Part shown: one piece after another, positions 9,004 to 17,000 of the stretch
Layout of the letters: every line of letters starts with the position of its first letter
How positions within the stretch are numbered: position 1 is the stretch's first letter
Assembly (NCBI GenBank): GCA_966250295.1
Contig: CBINGR010000003.1
Coordinates: forward strand, 1-32,000
Direction of reading: 5' to 3'
Length of the DNA stretch: 32,000 bases
Source of the DNA: an uncultured Akkermansia sp.
Lineage (GTDB): Bacteria; Verrucomicrobiota; Verrucomicrobiia; Opitutales; Opitutaceae
Notes under the pieces: model-generated
The model's database searches: none
What the model was told of the DNA's origin: nothing
What the model saw: the letters and a program-made list of their open reading frames with translations, nothing else
Translations under genes and position numbers: made by a program

Positions 9004-10553
9004 GCGCGGTCGCGACTCCGCGATCCTCGTGGCTGGGAGGGGTGGCCCTGCTCCTCCTCGCGGTCCTGCTGCTGGTGCCGCTGGCCGAGGTGTGGCGTCA
9101 GTCGCCCGACTTGCGGCATGGCTGGGCGGCGGTCCTGCTGATGGCCTATTTGTGGTGGGAGCGTTGGACGGAGCGCCCTGCCCCCGTCCGGCGCGAAGGC
9201 CGTCTGCCCGCGACCTGGTGGGTGCTGGCCTTGCTTTCCGCGGTACTGGCGCTGCCGCTGCGCCTGTTGCTGGTGCCCTTCTCGCTGTGGACGACGGCGC
9301 TGTGGGCCTACACTTCTATCCTGCTCGCGGTCGCCGCGGCCGCCGCCTGGCTGCGCGCCGGCTGGCCGGGCGTGCGCTGGCTGCTGGCGCCTTGCCTGAT
9401 CCTCGCCAGCGCGCTGCCCTGGCCCGCCAGCATCGAGCAGACCGTGATTTTCCCTTTGCGCGAGACCATGGCCGCGGCGGCGGCGGAGGTGAGCAATCTC
9501 TTCGGCCGGCCCGCGCTGGCGGTGGGCACGACCGTGCGGCTGGCTTCCGGCTGGGTAGGCATCGATGAGGCCTGCGGCGGCATCCGCTCCCTGCAGTCCT
9601 GTGTGATGATCGCCTTGTTTTTCGGGGAATGGTTCCGCTTTGCCTGGCGTCGCCGCCTGTTCCTCCTGGCCAGTGGGACGGCGGCGGCCCTGGTGGGAAA
9701 TTTTTCCCGGGTGTTGTTCCTTTCCCTGGTCGCCGGCCGCGGCGGCCAGGAGGCGGTGCACGGCTGGCACGATGCCGCGGGATGGGTGGCGCTGGCCTTG
9801 AGCCTCGCCGTCACCGGCTCGATCGCCTGCCGCTGGGCGGGATGGCGGTGGCCCGCCCTTGCTCCGGCGCCCGCAAACCGGGTGGCCCTGCCTTCGCCCG
9901 CGGCCGCCTGGCTCGCGGCGGTCGTGGCTTTGCTGGCCTTGAACGAGGCTGCCACGCGCGCTTGGTTCGCCCGCGGGGACCGGGAACGCAGTCTCATCCC
10001 TCAGTGGTCGGTTGCGTTCCCCGAGTCGCATTGGAGCTTCATGAAGGACCCGCTCGGTGAATTTGCCGCCGAATTGCTCCGGCCCGATTTTTATTCGGCC
10101 GGACATTGGCAGGAGGGGCGCGACGTCGAGGTGGCTTCCTACTATATCGAATGGCATCGCGGTCAGGTCGCCCGTTTCCTGCCCTTTGCCCACAACCCCA
10201 CGGTTTGTCTGCCGATGGCGGGATGCGAAATGGACGAATCCCTGGGCGAGCTTTCGGTGCCGTGGAACGGGCTGACGATTCCGTTTCGTGCCTACCGTTT
10301 TATAAACCGGGGCGAGCCCATGTGGGTCGCTTTTACGATCTGGGATCCCTCCCGCGGCCAGCCTCTAGGTGCTCCGGACGAGGACTATTCCCTGGGGAAA
10401 GCCTTGCGCCAACGTTGGCGCGAAGTCGCGGAACGACGAGCCGACCAGCCCGCTCAACTGCTGACCCTTTCACTCCGGAATATCAAAGGCGATGCCAAGG
10501 ACGCCTTGCAACTACGCCTAGTAAACCTGCTTAGCGCTCCGAAGGCGCCGTAA
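9000..10553 (+). CDS. exosortase (EpsH/Xrt family) fused to an EpsI-like C-terminal domain
   Basis: Polytopic N-terminal half carries the exosortase catalytic signature: Cys in IDEACGGIRS (TGC at 9573-9575), Arg in GNFSR (9708-9710) and His in GWHDAAGW (9768-9770). The C-terminal ~200 aa after a further TM segment resemble EpsI (YYIEWHRG...FAHNPTVCLPMAGCE). Confidence 0.85.
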   Translation: MSAVATPRSSWLGGVALLLLAVLLLVPLAEVWRQSPDLRHGWAAVLLMAYLWWERWTERPAPVRREGRLPATWWVLALLSAVLALPLRLLLVPFSLWTTALWAYTSILLAVAAAAAWLRAGWPGVRWLLAPCLILASALPWPASIEQTVIFPLRETMAAAAAEVSNLFGRPALAVGTTVRLASGWVGIDEACGGIRSLQSCVMIALFFGEWFRFAWRRRLFLLASGTAAALVGNFSRVLFLSLVAGRGGQEAVHGWHDAAGWVALALSLAVTGSIACRWAGWRWPALAPAPANRVALPSPAAAWLAAVVALLALNEAATRAWFARGDRERSLIPQWSVAFPESHWSFMKDPLGEFAAELLRPDFYSAGHWQEGRDVEVASYYIEWHRGQVARFLPFAHNPTVCLPMAGCEMDESLGELSVPWNGLTIPFRAYRFINRGEPMWVAFTIWDPSRGQPLGAPDEDYSLGKALRQRWREVAERRADQPAQLLTLSLRNIKGDAKDALQLRLVNLLSAPKAP

Positions 10554-10620
10554 AAAAAGCGTTTCTACGCGAAATCCGAACTTGCCCAGCCCCGGCCTAT
10601 TTCTAGGGTTTTTACCTGAC

Positions 10621-11346
10621 ATGAACACGTCCGCCAAAACTATCTCGCTTATCGCCGCGACTTTGCTCGCGTTTATTACCCCAGCCAAAGCCCAGCTCCA
10701 AACTTTCGAAACCGTCAGCGTCTGGGCCGGAAGCAACTTCACGTTCGGGACCGGCTCCACCATGGGGCAGACCTTTTCCAACGTCTATGCGGTCAAGAGC
10801 ATGACCTACAACTTTTTCGCCACCGGCACGGCGGCGGCTACAACGCTTACCGCCACCTTCGGTCAGTGGAACGGCGCCGGCTTTATCGGCGGCACCACGG
10901 TCAGCTTCGGCACGATCAACATCCCCGCTTCCAATTCGGGTTTCTGGTCGCCCCTCAACACCACTTACGGCTTGGCGAACAACATCAACACCTTCGCCTA
11001 TACCTTGGATCTGGCGACGCTCAGCTCCGGCCTGATCGACACGACCTACGGCTACCTGACGAACCCGGGCAGCACCTACGCCCTGATGCTGACCAACACC
11101 ACGGGTAGCGCCACCAATCTCGGTCTCGGCCTCACGAATACCGACGCTTTCCCCTTCGGCGCCACCAACTTCGGTTTCAACGACTGGGCCTTCGCGCAAC
11201 TCGTGGTTGCCCCGACCAACCCGGTTCCCGAGTCCAGCACGGTCGCTTCCGTCGCCACCGGGCTGCTCGTCGCCGGTCTCGTGGGCTATCGCGTCCGCCA
11301 GCGTCGCAACTCTGCCGGGGCCGTGGCTCCCCTGGCCGCCGCCTAA
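10621..11346 (+). CDS. secreted Thr/Gly/Asn-rich protein with a PEP-CTERM-type sorting signal (VPES variant)
   Basis: ATG 10621 gives the signal peptide MNTSAKTISLIAATLLAFITPAKAQ. The C-terminus reads PVPESST (nt 11221-11241), then the TM stretch VASVATGLLVAGLVGY, then the basic cluster RVRQRR. This is the tripartite exosortase recognition architecture. The 10582 start in the ORF track only adds a non-signal-like extension. Confidence 0.8.
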   Translation: MNTSAKTISLIAATLLAFITPAKAQLQTFETVSVWAGSNFTFGTGSTMGQTFSNVYAVKSMTYNFFATGTAAATTLTATFGQWNGAGFIGGTTVSFGTINIPASNSGFWSPLNTTYGLANNINTFAYTLDLATLSSGLIDTTYGYLTNPGSTYALMLTNTTGSATNLGLGLTNTDAFPFGATNFGFNDWAFAQLVVAPTNPVPESSTVASVATGLLVAGLVGYRVRQRRNSAGAVAPLAAA

Positions 11347-11378
11347 GCCGGTTTCGCTTTTAAAAACGTGTTCGAAAA

Positions 11379-11412
11379 GGTCCGCGCGAAAGCGCGGGCC
11401 TTTTTCTTTTTT
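11379..11412 (+). terminator. rho-independent terminator after the PEP-CTERM gene
   Basis: A 9-bp GC stem, ggtccgcgc (11379-11387) / gcgcgggcc (11392-11400) with one G-U pair, closes a GAAA tetraloop. It is followed by tttttctttttt (11401-11412) and preceded by an A-run. Confidence 0.8.
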
Positions 11413-11427
11413 GGCGACCGACCATTG

Positions 11428-11520
11428 GTCCGGGGAGCGCCGGCCTCCCGCCGAGGACTTTCCGAAGGGGCTTTGACGAGACGCCCGAGCCGGCCCGCGG
11501 GACGCGGGCGCTCCCCGGAC
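11428..11520. repeat. GC-rich palindromic element: perfect 14-bp inverted repeat with a 65-nt spacer
   Basis: gtccggggagcgcc (11428-11441) is the exact reverse complement of ggcgctccccggac (11507-11520). The right arm context cgcgggcgctccccg recurs at 19253-19267. Confidence 0.7.
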
Positions 11521-11590
11521 CTTCACCGGAAAAAGTATCAAAGCATAACGGAACTGGTGTAAGCCCGCCCCGGGAGCTTCACTTTGCGTC

Positions 11591-12613
11591 GTGATCGCCT
11601 CCGTAGCATTCCGGAACTTCAAGGCCCTGCGCTCGGCGCGGCTGGAACTGGCGCCGTTCAACCTCGTCATCGGGCCCAACGGCGCGGGCAAGACCAGCCT
11701 CATTCAAGCCTTGCTCCGCCTTCGCACGCTCGCGCGCCTGCCCCTGCGCGAGCCGCGGCCCGAATCGGAGCGTCTGCCCGAGTCGGCCGAGATCACCTTC
11801 AATTTCACTCCGCCTCACGACGGGCTGGAGGCCGTCCTGGCCTGCGTGGACGAAACGACCTGCGATCTCCTGCAGGTTGTGCCGCTGTCGCGCGGGGACG
11901 GCTCCCTGGACTGGGCCGGGCTGCGCGCGCGCCTGCTGACGGTGCGCGGCTATCTCCTGGACCACCGCGCCATCGCCGCGCCGGTGTATCCGGTTTCCTC
12001 CGACGAGCTCGCGTCCGACGGCAGCAACCTCGCCGCCCGCCTCGCCGCCCTGCACGCGCGCGCCCCCGCCGCCTACGCCGGCCTGCACGAGGAACTGCTG
12101 CGCCTTTTCCCCGAATACTCCGCGCTGGTGCTCGAGCCCGCGCAGGGCAGCTTCGCCCTCCGGCTGGCCGGGCCGGACGAGGACGTGATCGGCGACGGCG
12201 GCCTGGTGCCCGCGGCGGATCTTTCCCAAGGCACGCTCTACGCTCTCGCCCTGCTCGCCCTCGCCCACGATCCCACGCCGCCGGCGGTGGTCTGTATCGA
12301 GGAGGTCGACCGCGGCATCCACCCGCGCCTCCTGCGCGAGATCCGCGACGTGCTCTACCGGCTCAGCTACCCGGCCGACTACGGCCACGACCGGGCGCCG
12401 GTGCAGGTGATCGCCACCACGCACTCGCCGCTGCTGCTCGACCTGTTTCGCGACCATCCCGAGGAGGTCGTGATCGCGGAAAAGAGCGGACGCGCGGCGA
12501 CCTTTTCCCGTTTGTCCGACCGGGCGGATATCGCCGATCTCCTGGCCGAGGGCGGCAGTCTTGGCGACCTCTGGTATTCCGGCATCCTGGGAGGCGTGCC
12601 CGAGGAATCATGA
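11591..12613 (+). CDS. ABC/SMC-type ATPase (AAA_21/AAA_15-like), 340 aa
   Basis: The GTG start gives MIASVAFRNFKAL, the typical N-terminus of this ATPase class. Motifs seen: Walker A GPNGAGKT (11672-11695), ABC signature-like LSQGT (12221-12235), Walker B VVCIEEVD (12287-12310) and H-loop ATTHSP (12413-12430). Confidence 0.85.
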   Translation: MIASVAFRNFKALRSARLELAPFNLVIGPNGAGKTSLIQALLRLRTLARLPLREPRPESERLPESAEITFNFTPPHDGLEAVLACVDETTCDLLQVVPLSRGDGSLDWAGLRARLLTVRGYLLDHRAIAAPVYPVSSDELASDGSNLAARLAALHARAPAAYAGLHEELLRLFPEYSALVLEPAQGSFALRLAGPDEDVIGDGGLVPAADLSQGTLYALALLALAHDPTPPAVVCIEEVDRGIHPRLLREIRDVLYRLSYPADYGHDRAPVQVIATTHSPLLLDLFRDHPEEVVIAEKSGRAATFSRLSDRADIADLLAEGGSLGDLWYSGILGGVPEES

Positions 12614-13278
12614 CGCCCGCCGCCCCCGCGCGTCCGCTTCGGCTCGCCCTCCTCGGGGAATCGCTGGTGGACGAGTCTGCCCTCGCCATCCTGGTCCAGG
12701 CCGTACTCGGCGAACCCTTCGTCCGCGTGCAGCCGAATCTTCGCGCCCGCGGCTGGCCCTCGGTGCTCCAGATCCTGCCCGCCATCGCCCGCCACCTGCA
12801 TTTCAACACCGACGCCGACGGCCTGGTCGTGCTGGTCGATGCCGACGACACGGCGGTCCACACCGCCACGCACGAGGCGCCCGGCTATTTTCACCCGCGC
12901 TGCCGGCTCTGCCAGTTGCGCGCCGCGTTTCGCCGCGCGACCCGCAAGCTCCCTCCCGCCCGCGGCCGCGACCGCGTGTTGCGTGCCATCGGCCTCGCCG
13001 TGCCCGCGGCCGAGGCCTGGTATCTCTGCGGCCTCGACGGCGCGGTGGGCGAGGAGGCCTGGCTCGCCGGCCAGCTCGCGGGAAACCCGCCCTACACGCG
13101 CCGCGAACTCAAGGCCCGCGTCTACGGCACCGAGCGGCCCAACCTGCCCCAGGCGGTCGCCCACGCCACCGCTGCCGCCCGCCGCCATGCCGCTGACCTG
13201 CGCCGGTTGGAATTCGATTTTCCGGGTTTCGCCGCCCTGGCCGCCGATTTGCGAAGTTGGAATAGAATAAACGGTTGA
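12610..13278 (+). CDS. small TOPRIM-like protein (DUF4276/RloB-like), putative nuclease partner of the ATPase, 222 aa
   Basis: Its ATG overlaps the ATPase stop (ATGA at 12610-12613). It has an N-terminal strand plus Glu (LALLGESLVDE, E17 at 12658-12660), a hydrophobic strand plus acidic cluster (LVVLVDADD, 12838-12849) and a later AAEAWYL motif. This E...DxD...E order is as in TOPRIM/DUF4276. The fold call is by motif only. Confidence 0.6.
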   Translation: MTPAAPARPLRLALLGESLVDESALAILVQAVLGEPFVRVQPNLRARGWPSVLQILPAIARHLHFNTDADGLVVLVDADDTAVHTATHEAPGYFHPRCRLCQLRAAFRRATRKLPPARGRDRVLRAIGLAVPAAEAWYLCGLDGAVGEEAWLAGQLAGNPPYTRRELKARVYGTERPNLPQAVAHATAAARRHAADLRRLEFDFPGFAALAADLRSWNRING

Positions 13279-13301
13279 CATATCAACTAATCGGGAGCGG
13301 C

Positions 13302-13766
13302 ATGCCCGGCATGTATTCCGCCAACGCCCACCGGCTGATTCACGACATCGTCGCGACGGCCGATCTTTTCCTGCGCGAGAGCACCCGGCTTTTCCGGCCG
13401 CACGGGCTCACCGCTCCCCAGTTCAACGTGCTCAACATCCTCGGCCTGCGCGGCGAAAATGCCGGGCTCAGCCAGCGCGAACTGGCCGACCTGCTGGTCG
13501 TGGACCGCAGCAACGTCACCGGCCTGATCGACCGCATGGAAACGGCCGGCTGGGTGCGCCGCGCCGACGATCCCGCCGACCGTCGCGTGTACCGGGTGCA
13601 ACTGACCACCGCCGGCCGGCGGCTTTGGAACAAGGTGGCTCCGGGCTACGCCGATGTCGTGGCGCAGGTGACGGCGCGGCTCGGCGAGAAGCAGATGGCG
13701 GACGCCATCGCGCTGCTCGCCATTCTCCAGGAAGACGCGACGCGCTGGACCGAGCCTGAGCTTTGA
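13302..13766 (+). CDS. MarR-family transcriptional regulator
   Basis: Winged-helix core LTAPQFNVLNILG...LSQRELADLLVVDRSNVTGLIDRMETAGWVRRADDPADRRVYRVQLTTAGRRL. The start is uncertain: ATG 13302 is preferred, with 13311 ATG or 13275 TTG as alternatives. Confidence 0.85.
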   Translation: MPGMYSANAHRLIHDIVATADLFLRESTRLFRPHGLTAPQFNVLNILGLRGENAGLSQRELADLLVVDRSNVTGLIDRMETAGWVRRADDPADRRVYRVQLTTAGRRLWNKVAPGYADVVAQVTARLGEKQMADAIALLAILQEDATRWTEPEL

Positions 13767-13841
13767 CCCTGGGCTCGGGAGCGCACCGGCACTCCTGCCG
13801 GCGGGGACGCCGGCGTTCGAGTAACAGAAATTCTCCTCACC

Positions 13842-16800
13842 ATGATCACCCGTCACGAGCTGGAGCAAATGCGGATGCGGCTGGACCGCATCGAACGCGA
13901 GGTGGGTGGAGCCCGCCACGCCCTGGAAGCCCTCGAACGCCGGGCGGTGTCGGAGCGGGAATCGCAACCGGCGCCGGCGGTCCCGCCGCCCCTGCCTCCG
14001 GTTTCGGAAACCCGGGTGCCGGCGCCCGCGCCCGAAGCGGTAGCGGGGCGCGACAGCGACCCGGGATCGGAAGGTTCCGCATTCCCGACCCCGACCGTGC
14101 TCCCCGCGCCCTCCTCGGCGCATCGGCCGGCGCGTTTGGTGCCGTCTGCCGAACCCTCGCCTTTGCGGACCTGGCTGGAGCGACTGCAACTGTGGCCGCC
14201 AGCAGCGGGGGAGGGGAGCGCGGAGGCGCGGCTCGGAGCCTGGTGGGCGACGCGTGTCGGCGCGTTGCTGGCGGTGATCGGCGTCGTGTTCTTCGGCATC
14301 TATGTGTCCCTGCACACGCCGTCGTGGGTGAAATTCTGCGAACTGCTCGCGGTGTCGCTCGGCGTGTCCGGCTTCGGCTTGTGGCTGGAGCGTCGCCTGC
14401 CGGCCTTCGGCGGGGTGGTGTTCGCGGGTGGGCTGGCGCTGCTGTTTTTCACCGCCTACGCCGGTTACGTGGTGCCGGGAGTGCGGGTATTTGACTCGTT
14501 CTGGGCCTCGGTGATCTGGCAAGGCCTGGCGGTGGGCCTGATCGTCGCCGCGGCGCTGTGGCGGCGGGCGCCGCTCATCGCGACCCTGGCGATCGGACTG
14601 GGCCATGTGACGGCGATTTTTTCCGGCCGGGGCGGCTTCGACGGTTTCGCCCTCGGCTCGGCGGCCCTGTTGGGCCTGGTGGCGGTGGCCTTGCGCCGGG
14701 CGCGGGATTGGGAAGCGCCCTCGGTGGTGGCGATGCCGGCGGGCTACGGGGTGTTTTTCCTGAGCTTGCATGCCGCGCTAGAAGAGCGGGCGGCGACGCT
14801 GCCTTTCGCCGCCTGGCCTTTTATCGCCGGCATGGCGGCCTTGTTTTTCCTGCGCGACTGGCGCCGCGTGCCGGTGGCGGCCTCGGAGGTGACCGCGGGC
14901 GAGCGTTGGTTTCAAAACGCGAATGCGAGCCTCGCGGCGCTGGCCGCGCTCGGCACCGCGCTGGGCTGGTATCGCGCGCAGCTCGGCGCGGCCTACCTCG
15001 TGGGGGCAGGGGCCTTCGCGACGGCGGCCTGGGTGCGTTCGCGCCAGGTGCGCGGCGGGGACGGCGTGGCGGCGGTGCTGACGGCGAAGGCGGCGGGCGC
15101 GCTCACGCTTGGCGTGATCGAACTGGCGGAGGCGCGCACGGTCGCGCTCGCGCTCCTGGTGCAAGCCTGGGTGCTGGCCTGGACGGCGCGGCGGCTGGGC
15201 TCGCGCGTGCTCGCGGTCGCGACCGGTCTCACGGCAGCGGTGGCGACCTGGTTTTTCTTCCGGCACGGTTTGGCGGCGGCGGCGCTGTGGTCGGCCTCGG
15301 CGGCGCGGGCCGTGCTGTTCGCCGCCGGCTTGGCCGCGCTTGCGACCGAGGCGGGCCGCTGGCTGGTGAGGGACAAGGAAGTCCGCTTCCTGTTCGAGCT
15401 CCTCGGGGCTTCGGCCGCGGCTACGGGGGCGGCGCTCGCGGCGGCCCGCTGGACACCGGCGGGGTGGGAGCCGGCCCTGGCGATGGCGTGGGCCTTGGTT
15501 TTTCTCGGCGTGGCATGGGCACGGGCGGGACGTGCGGCGGCCTGGGCGGCCGTCGCGTTGGGAGGCCTGGCGCAGCTCTGGCTCTGGCTGGCGGCGAACT
15601 CACGCGGAGGGGCGGAAGCGGTGTTGTTTTGGAACGCGCTCGCGGTGCTCGGCCCGACCTTGGGGGCGGGAGCGTGGATGGGCGGACGAACCGAGGTGAA
15701 CTGGCGGGCGGGCGGGACCCTGGCCTGGGCCTTGGCCGCGATCGGAGTGGTGTTCATCGCCTACGGCCTGCTGCCGTCGCACCTCGCGCTGGCTTTGGTG
15801 ACGCTCGCGGCCTGCACGGCGGGCAGGGCCTCAGCCTGGTCGGCGAGGCGTCACCTGCCCTGGCTCGCGACACTGGGCCTCGGGCTGGGCTGGTGGTTGT
15901 CGCTAAGCCATGCCTCCATGCCGGCTGCCTGGCTGGGGCTCTCCGCGTTGGCGGCCTGGGCCTTGCCGGCTGGGTTGCGGGCCTTTCCCCGCTGCGACGC
16001 GGCAAGGCGCGGTTGTACCGCGCCGGAGGCGATGGAGCGCATCCAGGTGCTGGTCGCCACGGCCCTGGGCTTGCAGGCCTTGGTGGACGGGCTGGACGGC
16101 CCGATGCGGGTTGCGGGCCTGGCCGCGATGGCAGGCGGACTTTTCCTGCTCGCGCTTCGTCCGGGGATCCGGCCGGCGCTGCCGGCGTCGTGGCTGGCCT
16201 GGGGGCTGACTGCGATCTATCTGGCAGGCGTCCGTCCTGGCCATGGCTGGATCGCGGGCGTGGCGGTGCTGGCCTGGGCGCCGGCCTGGCTGTGGGTGCG
16301 GGCGCCGGCGCGGTGGGTGGCGCAGTTCACCGGCTGGCGGCGGCATGCGCCTGCGGTGCAGTGCGCACTGGCGACGCTGGTCGGGCTGGTTTGTGCGCAC
16401 GCGAGCTTCGCCGGCGCAAATGAACGGTTCGCCCTGACCGGCTTGGTATTGGTCGCGGCGCTCAGCGGCCGCCCGGGCCGGGTGAGGCCGGCGAGGGAAG
16501 CGGCTTCCGTCACGGCCTTGTTTCTCGCCTGGAGCGCGCTGGAGCTGATCCTGACGGGCGGAGCGGAGGGCTTCGGCCGCGGGCTCGGTGCGGTGGTGCT
16601 GGCTTCCGGAGTCCTGGCCGGGCTGCCGGTCTGGCTCGAGGCCGGGAAGCAGCCAGTCGCGCGTGCGACGGGCGGCGGCGCGGCGCTCGCGCTGCTCTTC
16701 GCCGTCTGCGCCGCGCAGGAGGGAGCGCTGGCGCCCTACGCCACGGTGGGCTGGGGGCTGGCGTCCATCGCGCTGTTCACGGGCGGCTTGTTTTGGCGCA

Positions 16801-17000
16801 ACGCCACCTATCGCGTGCTCGGTCTGATCGGCCTCGCGCTATGCGTGCCGAGGATTTTTGTGGTCGATCTGCATTCGATGCTTCACCGCATCGTCGCGTT
16901 TATTGTCATCGGGGTGGTGATGCTGTGGGTCGGGTTCTCCTACCACCGTTTCCGCCATCTCGTCACCGACGCCCCCGCCACTCCTCCCTCCTCTTCATGA
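13842..17000 (+). CDS. very large polytopic membrane protein, DUF2339-like (1052 aa)
   Basis: N-terminal coiled-coil segment (ELEQMRMRLDRIEREVGG), then a Pro-rich linker (PAPAVPPPLPPVSE), then more than 20 Ala/Leu/Gly/Trp-rich hydrophobic helices to the C-terminus. This layout is typical of DUF2339. Confidence 0.8.
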   Translation: MITRHELEQMRMRLDRIEREVGGARHALEALERRAVSERESQPAPAVPPPLPPVSETRVPAPAPEAVAGRDSDPGSEGSAFPTPTVLPAPSSAHRPARLVPSAEPSPLRTWLERLQLWPPAAGEGSAEARLGAWWATRVGALLAVIGVVFFGIYVSLHTPSWVKFCELLAVSLGVSGFGLWLERRLPAFGGVVFAGGLALLFFTAYAGYVVPGVRVFDSFWASVIWQGLAVGLIVAAALWRRAPLIATLAIGLGHVTAIFSGRGGFDGFALGSAALLGLVAVALRRARDWEAPSVVAMPAGYGVFFLSLHAALEERAATLPFAAWPFIAGMAALFFLRDWRRVPVAASEVTAGERWFQNANASLAALAALGTALGWYRAQLGAAYLVGAGAFATAAWVRSRQVRGGDGVAAVLTAKAAGALTLGVIELAEARTVALALLVQAWVLAWTARRLGSRVLAVATGLTAAVATWFFFRHGLAAAALWSASAARAVLFAAGLAALATEAGRWLVRDKEVRFLFELLGASAAATGAALAAARWTPAGWEPALAMAWALVFLGVAWARAGRAAAWAAVALGGLAQLWLWLAANSRGGAEAVLFWNALAVLGPTLGAGAWMGGRTEVNWRAGGTLAWALAAIGVVFIAYGLLPSHLALALVTLAACTAGRASAWSARRHLPWLATLGLGLGWWLSLSHASMPAAWLGLSALAAWALPAGLRAFPRCDAARRGCTAPEAMERIQVLVATALGLQALVDGLDGPMRVAGLAAMAGGLFLLALRPGIRPALPASWLAWGLTAIYLAGVRPGHGWIAGVAVLAWAPAWLWVRAPARWVAQFTGWRRHAPAVQCALATLVGLVCAHASFAGANERFALTGLVLVAALSGRPGRVRPAREAASVTALFLAWSALELILTGGAEGFGRGLGAVVLASGVLAGLPVWLEAGKQPVARATGGGAALALLFAVCAAQEGALAPYATVGWGLASIALFTGGLFWRNATYRVLGLIGLALCVPRIFVVDLHSMLHRIVAFIVIGVVMLWVGFSYHRFRHLVTDAPATPPSSS

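Noticed and set aside
7222-10193. Antisense ORFs 7222-8664 (480 aa) and 8883-10193 (436 aa) opposite the TPR-like and exosortase genes
   Set aside because: They have Arg/Gly/Pro/Gln-rich composition and no motifs, and they overlap genes with clear membrane topology and catalytic signatures.
11584-12609. The 564-aa ORF 11584-13278 read as a single protein
   Set aside because: Its first ~340 codons are an Arg/Pro-rich off-frame shadow of the ATPase gene. Only the part from ATG 12610, which overlaps the ATPase stop, looks like real protein.
13275-13280. TTGACA hexamer at the end of the TOPRIM-like gene as a -35 box for MarR
   Set aside because: No convincing -10 hexamer lies at 16-19 nt spacing, and promoter consensus for this lineage is uncertain. 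The evidence is too weak to annotate.
16793-16996. N-terminal extension of the Aas-like ORF (track start 16793), and similarly 20338 for the BFN gene, 20822 for dus, 22944 for cysD, 10582 for the PEP-CTERM gene and 28018 for the MalF-like permease
   Set aside because: These extensions lie inside upstream genes or encode Arg-rich junk. Internal starts give family-typical N-termini, and several give ATGA overlaps with the upstream stop.
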